Source: a virus
Length of the DNA stretch: 64,000 nucleotides
Strand: one strand, 5' to 3'
IMG/VR virus record: IMGVR_UViG_3300021960_009431
Positions 57,582-64,000 of the stretch are shown piece after piece. Position numbers and translations under genes: made by a program. Below the pieces are notes generated by a model. The model was not told the origin of the DNA. It saw nothing but the letters and a program-made list of their open reading frames with translations, and did not search any database. Within the stretch, counting starts at the first letter, position 1, and each line of letters starts with the position of its first letter.

Positions 57582-58523
57582 ATGTCCCCGAAAGAATATA
57601 CGTATTCTGAGATCTTTCATTCTATTCAAGGTGAAGGTCATTATACCGGTGTTCCAACTGCATGGATAAGATTTTTCTTATGTAATTTACAGTGCGATGG
57701 ATTCGGTCAAGATCATCCAACTAAACCAGAAACCTGGGATCTACCATATAAAGATTTTGATTCTCACTCTGTAACAAGAGTAGAGGATTTACCGGTATGG
57801 TCAAAGGGTTGTGATTCTTCTTATACCTGGTCTAAAAAGTTTAGACATTTAATGGGTAAAGCTACAGGAGCTGAACTAGCTCAAAAGCTAGTCAATATTA
57901 TGAAGAATGAGCATAACCCTGAAGGTTGGTTCTTACACCCGTTATCTAAACAGCATAACCATTTATGTATTACAGGTGGTGAACCTCTAATGCGTCATGC
58001 TCAATTGGCGTTTATAGACATATATAAAACTTTAGAAGAAATGCCAGGTGGTCCATTACCTGATACTCATTTTTACTCTCCTAATAATTTACCTGCAAGT
58101 ATAACTTGGGAAACTAATGGTACTCAACCATTAACAGAAGATTTCAAAAATCTTGTAGATAGTCCTTTATTTAGACCTGAAGCTTTCTTTTCCGTATCTC
58201 CTAAACTCTGGACTGTAGCAGGAGAACAACGAAAGAAAGCAATTAAACCTGAAACTGTAAAAGAATATTATGATATTTCTAAAAACGGTCAGCTTAAATT
58301 TGTAGTAGGTCAAACTAAAGAAGAGTGGGAAGAGTTAGACGAAGTAGTTAATTTGTTTAGAGACGCAGGAGTTAAATATCCTGTATGGATCATGCCTGTA
58401 GGAGCAAGATCAGAAGAGCAAGAAGCCACTGCTGGTGATGTAGCTAAAATGGCATTCGAAAGAGGTTATAATGTCTCTGGAAGAATGCATGTTTATTTAT
58501 TTGGAAACGCAATAGGAACATAA
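57582..58523 (+). CDS. queE: 7-carboxy-7-deazaguanine synthase (radical SAM)
   Basis: SEIFHSIQGEG, CNLQC...GCDS, ITGGEP, ETNGT, SVSPKL motifs. Confidence 0.92.
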   Translation: MSPKEYTYSEIFHSIQGEGHYTGVPTAWIRFFLCNLQCDGFGQDHPTKPETWDLPYKDFDSHSVTRVEDLPVWSKGCDSSYTWSKKFRHLMGKATGAELAQKLVNIMKNEHNPEGWFLHPLSKQHNHLCITGGEPLMRHAQLAFIDIYKTLEEMPGGPLPDTHFYSPNNLPASITWETNGTQPLTEDFKNLVDSPLFRPEAFFSVSPKLWTVAGEQRKKAIKPETVKEYYDISKNGQLKFVVGQTKEEWEELDEVVNLFRDAGVKYPVWIMPVGARSEEQEATAGDVAKMAFERGYNVSGRMHVYLFGNAIGT

Positions 58524-58524
58524 C

Positions 58525-58968
58525 ATGGCATATTATAGTACAAAAACTTACGGACATAATATCGGGCTTTCTGCTGTCTTTAGACAACCTAAAGCTCATT
58601 CTCATTGTAAATTTTTACATGGGTATAGCTTAGCATTTAAGTTTACTTTTGGTGCTAGTAATTTAGACGAAAGAAACTGGGTAGTAGATTTTGGAGGTTT
58701 AAAAACTCTAAAAAAATGGCTAGAAGACAGCTTTGATCATAAACTAGTATTAGATAGAGATGATCCAATGATGTATAAGTTTGCTGAATTAGAAAATGCT
58801 GGTCTAGCTGAGATTACTGTTTTAGATGGTGTGGGTGTAGAAAGGTTTGCTGAGCATGCATGGAAGTTTGCAGACGATCTTGTAACAGAAGCTTCCGATG
58901 GTAGATGTTGGTGTGAGTCAGTAGAATGTTCAGAACATGGCGCTAATAGTGGAATATATAGGAGATAA
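58525..58968 (+). CDS. queD: 6-carboxytetrahydropterin synthase
   Basis: HCKFLHGY, WVVDFG, FDH motifs. Confidence 0.9.
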   Translation: MAYYSTKTYGHNIGLSAVFRQPKAHSHCKFLHGYSLAFKFTFGASNLDERNWVVDFGGLKTLKKWLEDSFDHKLVLDRDDPMMYKFAELENAGLAEITVLDGVGVERFAEHAWKFADDLVTEASDGRCWCESVECSEHGANSGIYRR

Positions 58969-58970
58969 AA

Positions 58971-59654
58971 ATGAAGCACAGCGAAGTTATTAAACAACGT
59001 ATTGAAGAAGCTGGTATTAGATATTGGGCTGGTGATAACATTAGTGATGTATTACAAGATGGTGATAAAGAATTAATTATTGAAGAAGCTACAAAAGCTT
59101 TCGAAAATGTGCTTGACTCTTTACTAATAGATCGTTATAATGATCCTAATAGTATGGATACAGGTAGACGGTTAGCTAAGATGTATGTAAATGAAGTCAT
59201 GAGCGGAAGATATAATATAATGCCTAAAGTATCAGCTTTTCCTAATGAAGGAGAAGATCGATATACAGGTATGCTAGTTATACGTTCTGAAGTAAAAAGT
59301 ATGTGTTCTCACCATCATCAACCAGTTACAGGGGTTGCTTATATTGGTGTTATACCTGGTCAAAAAGTAATAGGACTTTCTAAGTATACTCGTATTGCTC
59401 AATGGTGTGCACGTAGAGGTACATTGCAGGAAGAACTATGTAATGACATTGCTCGTGAGATCCGTAAAGCTACTGACAGTGAAGATGTAGCTGTTTATGT
59501 ACAAGCTACTCACGGGTGCTGTGAGAATAGAGGTATTATGGCTCATAGTTCTCTAACTCAAACTACTGTATTACATGGAGAATTTAATAACGGAGATGTT
59601 AAAAAAGAGTTTTTTGATAATATAAAATTACAGCAGGAGTTTGCTCCAAGATGA
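58971..59654 (+). CDS. folE: GTP cyclohydrolase I
   Basis: SMCSHH, GLSKY.R, LQEE, HGC...RG motifs. Confidence 0.95.
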   Translation: MKHSEVIKQRIEEAGIRYWAGDNISDVLQDGDKELIIEEATKAFENVLDSLLIDRYNDPNSMDTGRRLAKMYVNEVMSGRYNIMPKVSAFPNEGEDRYTGMLVIRSEVKSMCSHHHQPVTGVAYIGVIPGQKVIGLSKYTRIAQWCARRGTLQEELCNDIAREIRKATDSEDVAVYVQATHGCCENRGIMAHSSLTQTTVLHGEFNNGDVKKEFFDNIKLQQEFAPR

Positions 59655-59812
59655 ATCATATGAATGTATCTTTTGTAAAAAGTGGTATACGAATAGGAGC
59701 TTGTATTTTAGGAATAACACTTCAAAGTATAACAGCGTTATGTTTTTTCTTGCTATTTGCCGAAATATTAGGTATAATAGAAGAAGTTGTAGATAAACGT
59801 GAGGAGAAATAA
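59651..59812 (+). CDS. 53-aa membrane protein (not in ORF track)
   Basis: MNHMNVSFVKSGIRIGACILGITLQSITALCFFLLFAEILGIIEEVVDKREEK*; coupled by ATGA and TAATG overlaps on both sides. Confidence 0.75.
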   Translation: MNHMNVSFVKSGIRIGACILGITLQSITALCFFLLFAEILGIIEEVVDKREEK

Positions 59813-60594
59813 TGAAAATAGCGCATGAAGCTCCATTAAGTATCTTTGATCAAGTACAGGAGTTAACTGATTATGATTATGCTCTTGTACATCTATTTGA
59901 AGAGAATGATGATTATTTTAATAAATTTATAGAAGCAAGAGATAAAGGTAGAGAGATCATTCTTGATAATTCTATCTTTGAACTCGGTACAGCATGGGAT
60001 AGTGATAGATTTGCTTACTGGGTAGAGAAACTAAAACCTGATTGGTATATTGTACCTGATGTATTAGATAATAAAGACGCTACAATTGATAGCTTTGATG
60101 CGTTCATAGAAAAGTATCCTAACTTACCTGGAAAACGTATTGCTGTCGCTCAAGGTACTACTTATGAAGAGTTAGTTGATTGCTACGAATATCTTGCATA
60201 TCATAATAAAGTAGATAAGATTGGTTTATCATTTAACCATCCGTTTTTTCAAGAATTAAATTTGCATAACAAATACTTTAATATGATGTTTGGAAGACAG
60301 ATGACTCTAACATCAATGCTAGAAGATAAAATTATTAATAAAGATAAACCGCATCATCTATTAGGATGTGGTCTACCTCAGGAGTTTAGAGACTATGTAG
60401 ACTATAAATGGATTGATTCTATTGATACATCTAATCCTGTTATGCACGGTATTAAAAATGTACGTTACTTAGAGCATGGTTTAGAAGATAAAGAATCAGT
60501 AAAAATGTTTACTATAATGGACGATAATGTTCTTGCATCTTGGGACGATATAGCTTATAATATAGAGAAGTTTAGAGGTTTCTGTAGTGGATAG
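59812..60594 (+). CDS. Divergent TGT-fold 7-deazaguanine transglycosylase (DpdA3-like)
   Basis: ILDNSIFELG, PDVL, VAQG, HLLG and SIDTS align with TGT/DpdA DSG-F, PD, VQG, HxxG and D-S motifs; embedded in the que cluster. Confidence 0.65.
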   Translation: MKIAHEAPLSIFDQVQELTDYDYALVHLFEENDDYFNKFIEARDKGREIILDNSIFELGTAWDSDRFAYWVEKLKPDWYIVPDVLDNKDATIDSFDAFIEKYPNLPGKRIAVAQGTTYEELVDCYEYLAYHNKVDKIGLSFNHPFFQELNLHNKYFNMMFGRQMTLTSMLEDKIINKDKPHHLLGCGLPQEFRDYVDYKWIDSIDTSNPVMHGIKNVRYLEHGLEDKESVKMFTIMDDNVLASWDDIAYNIEKFRGFCSG

Positions 60595-61117
60595 ATGGAT
60601 TGCTTTATTTTCTCAAACTGGTTCTGAAATAGTAGATATAGCAAATCAGCTGGGAGTTTGGCCAGATCGTATTTTTACTGATAATAAAAATATAGAAGAT
60701 ATAAACGTTAAGCTTAAAAATAAAATAGTGGTAATGTCTCATAATGGTATAGAAGAGACACTACAATATACAAGTGATATGACAGGTAATACTTTAGTTA
60801 CTCTTCATGGTTATCTACGTATATTAAGTCCTAAAACATGTAATGTAGGTCTATCAATTTATAACGGTCATCCAGCTTATATCTCTAAACATCCAGAACT
60901 TAAAGGAAAAGATCCTCAAGAGATGATTTGGAGTGATAGAGATAATTATGATTTTATTGGCTCTACGGTTCATAGAGTGATTGCTGACGTAGATGCTGGA
61001 GCTATTGAAGAAGAAAGTATAAGGAAAAATACTTGCAATTCTAAAGAAGAGCTGTATAATACATTAAGAAAAACATCTTTAGATGCTTGGATTAATTTTT
61101 TAAAGGATAAATTATGA
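60587..61117 (+). CDS. PurN-like formyltransferase (putative preQ1 formyltransferase, DpdN-like)
   Basis: ALFSQTGS, LHGYLRIL, NGHPA, GSTVH.V...VDAG formyl-THF transferase motifs. Confidence 0.8.
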   Translation: MDRWIALFSQTGSEIVDIANQLGVWPDRIFTDNKNIEDINVKLKNKIVVMSHNGIEETLQYTSDMTGNTLVTLHGYLRILSPKTCNVGLSIYNGHPAYISKHPELKGKDPQEMIWSDRDNYDFIGSTVHRVIADVDAGAIEEESIRKNTCNSKEELYNTLRKTSLDAWINFLKDKL

Positions 61118-61449
61118 GTAAAAAAGATAAAAGCTTTTTTGAAACGTTGACTGTGTCTGTAGATAATACTGATGTTGAACCTACAATTACTTTAGGTGAA
61201 ATTGATGAAGATGGTGAGCCTCGTCCTAATCATTATAGTCAAGATCCTAATTCTATAGAATGTATTGAAGTTATTAAGCAGTTGTGTAAGGAACATCAGA
61301 ACGATCCTTTTACTGACTATAATAGATATCAAGCGTTCAAATATCTTTGGCGTATGGGTAAGAAAGATGATGTATTGTTTGATTTAAATAAAGCTATTAC
61401 ATTTTTGGAGTTTGCAAGGAAAGCATTAGAGGATGAACGTAATGGATGA
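61114..61449 (+). CDS. DUF3310 / T7 gp1.7-like nucleotide kinase domain protein
   Basis: PNHY...IECIEVI...KYLWR.GKK...DLNKA..FL motif. Confidence 0.8.
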   Translation: MSKKDKSFFETLTVSVDNTDVEPTITLGEIDEDGEPRPNHYSQDPNSIECIEVIKQLCKEHQNDPFTDYNRYQAFKYLWRMGKKDDVLFDLNKAITFLEFARKALEDERNG

Positions 61450-62374
61450 AATTGAAAAAATTGCTAGTAAGGTATTAGGTAAAACGTCTGACGGATCTAC
61501 TATGATGCGTTATGAAACACCAGATGATATAGATGCTTCTTTACTCGTAGGCGTACCTAGACATCTCAATCGCACTGGTTACGGTATTAGTAATGACGGT
61601 TCAGAGTTATTTCATGGTATTGATGCTTGGAACGGTTATGAGTTTAGTTGTTTATTAGATAATGGATTTCCTGTTTCAGGTCTTCTTAAATGGAACTACC
61701 CTTCAGATTCAGAATGTATTGTTGAATCTAAATCTGCTAAGTTATATCTCAACTCTTTTAATATGGTTAAGATGGGGAAAACAGTTGAAGAAGCTATAGC
61801 TAATGTAGAACAGAAAATTGATGAAGATATGGCACCTGTACTTGGTATTAGTGATGAATGGGACTTAAATGTATGTCTACATATGAATGAGGATCATACA
61901 TCACGTCCTATTTCAGGAACATTTATTCCACTTGAAGAAATTGTAGATGTAGCATCTATTGAATTTGATCATTATAATGAAGATCCAGAAATTATTAAAT
62001 TAGAAGTAAATGAAGATTATAGAGATATTAAATATCAATCTAAATCTCTTCGCTCTAATTGTCGAGTAACTAACCAGCCTGACTGGGGTGATATCTTTAT
62101 TCATATAAAAGGTGATCGTATTCCTACACCTGAATCTTTATTGCAATATATTGTAAGTATGCGTAAAGAAAATCATTTCCATGAGGAAATATGTGAGTGT
62201 GTTTATAAACGTTTACATGATCTTTGTGGTCCAGAAGAATTAGTGGTTGCATGTCTATATACACGTCGTGGTGGTATTGATATTAATCCAGTAAGAGCAA
62301 GTAGTCCTCAATTACTTACTCAACATCCGATCACCGACGCATTTAATATGTGTGATAAAACTATGCGTCAGTAA
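61433..62374 (+). CDS. queF: NADPH-dependent preQ0 reductase QueF, bimodular type (start may be 61442)
   Basis: IVESKS.KLYLNSF, LRSNCRVTNQPDWG, FHEE, YTRRGGIDINP.R motifs. Confidence 0.93.
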   Translation: MNVMDEIEKIASKVLGKTSDGSTMMRYETPDDIDASLLVGVPRHLNRTGYGISNDGSELFHGIDAWNGYEFSCLLDNGFPVSGLLKWNYPSDSECIVESKSAKLYLNSFNMVKMGKTVEEAIANVEQKIDEDMAPVLGISDEWDLNVCLHMNEDHTSRPISGTFIPLEEIVDVASIEFDHYNEDPEIIKLEVNEDYRDIKYQSKSLRSNCRVTNQPDWGDIFIHIKGDRIPTPESLLQYIVSMRKENHFHEEICECVYKRLHDLCGPEELVVACLYTRRGGIDINPVRASSPQLLTQHPITDAFNMCDKTMRQ

Positions 62375-62419
62375 GTGGTTCATGAAAGCTAACCACTTTA
62401 AAAAACATACCGCTTTCAT
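62373..62419 (+). promoter_or_regulatory. preQ1-I-like riboswitch / H-type pseudoknot upstream of queC
   Basis: AGTGG-TTCATGAAAGCTAA-CCACT-TTAAAAAACAT; loop ATGAAAGC pairs with GCTTTCAT next to the GGAG RBS. Confidence 0.55.
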
Positions 62420-62432
62420 ATTGGAGAACTAA

Positions 62433-63248
62433 ATGAAAAATATCGTTGTATCATTATCTGGAGGAATGGACTCCTCTACTCTACTGTTGCGCGCTATCAA
62501 AGAGGTAGGTGCAAGTAATGTAACAGCTTTGTCATTTGATTATGGACAGAAGCACGTTTGTGAATTAGAACGTGCTAAAGAAATAGTAAACTATCTTGCA
62601 GTACATGGGCATACAATCAGGTATCAAGTTATTAAACTTGATGGTATTACTGAGTTGTTATCTTCAGCCCTTGTATCTGGAGGTGCAGATGTGCCTGAAG
62701 GTCATTATGCAGAAGATAATATGAAGCAGACGGTTGTACCTAATCGTAATAAAATCTTTGCTTCATTAGTTCAAGCTGTTGCTTTATCTGTAGTAAAAAA
62801 TACTGAACAAGAAACAGCTATTGCATTAGGTATTCATGCCGGTGATCATGCAATTTACCCTGATTGTCGTCAAGAGTTTCGTGATGCAGATGATGAAGCA
62901 TTTCGAATTGGTAACTGGGATGCTGATAAAGTAACTTATTTTACTCCTTATCTTGAAGGTGATAAGTTCGATATTCTAAAAGACGGTGAAGTACTTTGCG
63001 AGCAGCTAGGTTTAGACTTTGATGAAGTTTATTCTCGTACAAACACCTCATACAAACCTTTACAGATTGATGGAGTGTGGTTCTCTGATTATAAGAGTTC
63101 TTCTTCTGTCGAACGTCTGGAAGCGTTTATTAAACTAGGACGTCCTGATCCTGTCGCATATGCTGACGAAACAGGTCCTGTTCCTTATGAGATAGCTAGA
63201 GCACATGCTCAGCTAGTACTCAAGGAATATCAAAGTAACGCAGCATGA
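62433..63248 (+). CDS. queC: 7-cyano-7-deazaguanine synthase
   Basis: SLSGGMDS PP-loop, FDYGQKH, VPNRN, YPDCR motifs. Confidence 0.93.
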   Translation: MKNIVVSLSGGMDSSTLLLRAIKEVGASNVTALSFDYGQKHVCELERAKEIVNYLAVHGHTIRYQVIKLDGITELLSSALVSGGADVPEGHYAEDNMKQTVVPNRNKIFASLVQAVALSVVKNTEQETAIALGIHAGDHAIYPDCRQEFRDADDEAFRIGNWDADKVTYFTPYLEGDKFDILKDGEVLCEQLGLDFDEVYSRTNTSYKPLQIDGVWFSDYKSSSSVERLEAFIKLGRPDPVAYADETGPVPYEIARAHAQLVLKEYQSNAA

Positions 63249-63259
63249 AAGGATAATAA

Positions 63260-63868
63260 ATGCTGAAACAAATGTTTAATCTCGAAGCAGTAGATCGATC
63301 TCTATTGTGGAAACTGGTACTTACACATCTAGTAATCATTGCTGCTTCAAACTATATTGTTCAATTTAGTGGTATGATTTTTGGTTACCACTTTACATGG
63401 GCAATGTTTATCTTCCCACTTGTAGTGATTGCTACTGACTTAACTATCCGATTAACTAATAAGTATCAAGCTCGAATGGTAGTAGCTATTGCTTTTATTC
63501 CAGCTATTTTTATTAGCTCTTATATTGCTACTCCAATGATTGGATTAGCTAGTGCTCTTGCATATCTAGTAGGTCAGTTATTTGATGTATCTGTCTTTCA
63601 GAAAATTAGAGAAGCATTTACAGAACGTTGGTGGGTAGCACCTGCAGTATCAACGTTTGTTGCTAATATTGTTGATACCTATCTATTCTTCTGGGCAGCA
63701 TTCGCATATGGCAATGATGAGTTTATGGCAGCTAATTGGTTAGAAATTGCTACTGTAGATGTAATCTTTAAAATTATCGTATCATTTGTAATGTTCTTAC
63801 CTATATACGGTGTACTACTTCGATATCTACGTACACGTATGGAAGTAGGTACAGGTGGAACTTATTAA
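63260..63868 (+). CDS. yhhQ: preQ0/preQ1 transporter (VUT/YhhQ family)
   Basis: IIAASNYIVQ, TWAMFIFP...ATDLT.R, ASALAYL.GQ.FDV.VF, DTY.FF motifs; multiple TM helices. Confidence 0.9.
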   Translation: MLKQMFNLEAVDRSLLWKLVLTHLVIIAASNYIVQFSGMIFGYHFTWAMFIFPLVVIATDLTIRLTNKYQARMVVAIAFIPAIFISSYIATPMIGLASALAYLVGQLFDVSVFQKIREAFTERWWVAPAVSTFVANIVDTYLFFWAAFAYGNDEFMAANWLEIATVDVIFKIIVSFVMFLPIYGVLLRYLRTRMEVGTGGTY

Positions 63869-63883
63869 AAATAAGGTTATATA

Positions 63884-64000
63884 ATGACAATGATTAATAT
63901 CGGAGGCAGTAATGCTGCCTCCTCTTTAACTAACGTTCAAGAAAAAGACGTTCAACCTAATGCAGTTGATTTGCGGGTTGATAAAATTCTAAAGATTCTC
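63884..64000 (+). CDS. dCTP deaminase/dUTPase-family protein, N-terminus (truncated by window)
   Basis: MTMINIGGSNAASSLTNVQEKDVQPNAVDLRVDKI; QPxxxDLR motif. Confidence 0.65.
   Translation, partial: MTMINIGGSNAASSLTNVQEKDVQPNAVDLRVDKILKIL

Noticed and set aside
60587-61117. purN as a purine-biosynthesis auxiliary gene
   Set aside because: Divergent substrate-binding N-terminus, and it sits between TGT-like and queF genes with no other pur genes in the window; a preQ1 formyltransferase is the better reading

Overview
AT-rich 64-kb segment of a lytic T4-like (Tevenvirinae/Kyanoviridae-style) myovirus, most likely infecting a marine alphaproteobacterium. The host call is inferred from a circularly permuted, alpha-type two-piece tmRNA gene at ~1350-1610. 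Gene order: flavin-dependent halogenase (partial), HAD protein, tmRNA, small membrane protein, OMP-like protein, SleB hydrolase, cytidylyltransferase-cupin, gp33-gp59-gp32; a minus-strand block (tape measure-like, gp51, gp26, gp54, gp2, gp4); the baseplate/tail/neck/terminase/head module (gp48, 53, 27-like, 5, PAAR, 25, 6, 7, 8, VrlC-like, fibers, 13-23, 3); uvsY-uvsW-gp55-gp47-gp46; peptide deformylase; and a complete 7-deazaguanine cluster (queE, queD, folE, small membrane protein, divergent TGT/DpdA-like, PurN-like formyltransferase, DUF3310, queF, queC, yhhQ, dCTP deaminase/dUTPase-like). Most notable observations: (1) the deazaguanine cluster, predicted to make formyl-preQ1 DNA, with two riboswitch-like pseudoknot leaders, one a preQ1-I look-alike lacking the canonical specificity C; (2) a textbook -1 frameshift signal fusing gp26 to gp51 just upstream of the tape-measure gene; (3) the phage-encoded two-piece tmRNA; (4) an antisense copy of the uvsY promoter firing into the nuclease/terminase region. 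All assignments come from motif recognition by eye; no database searches were run.
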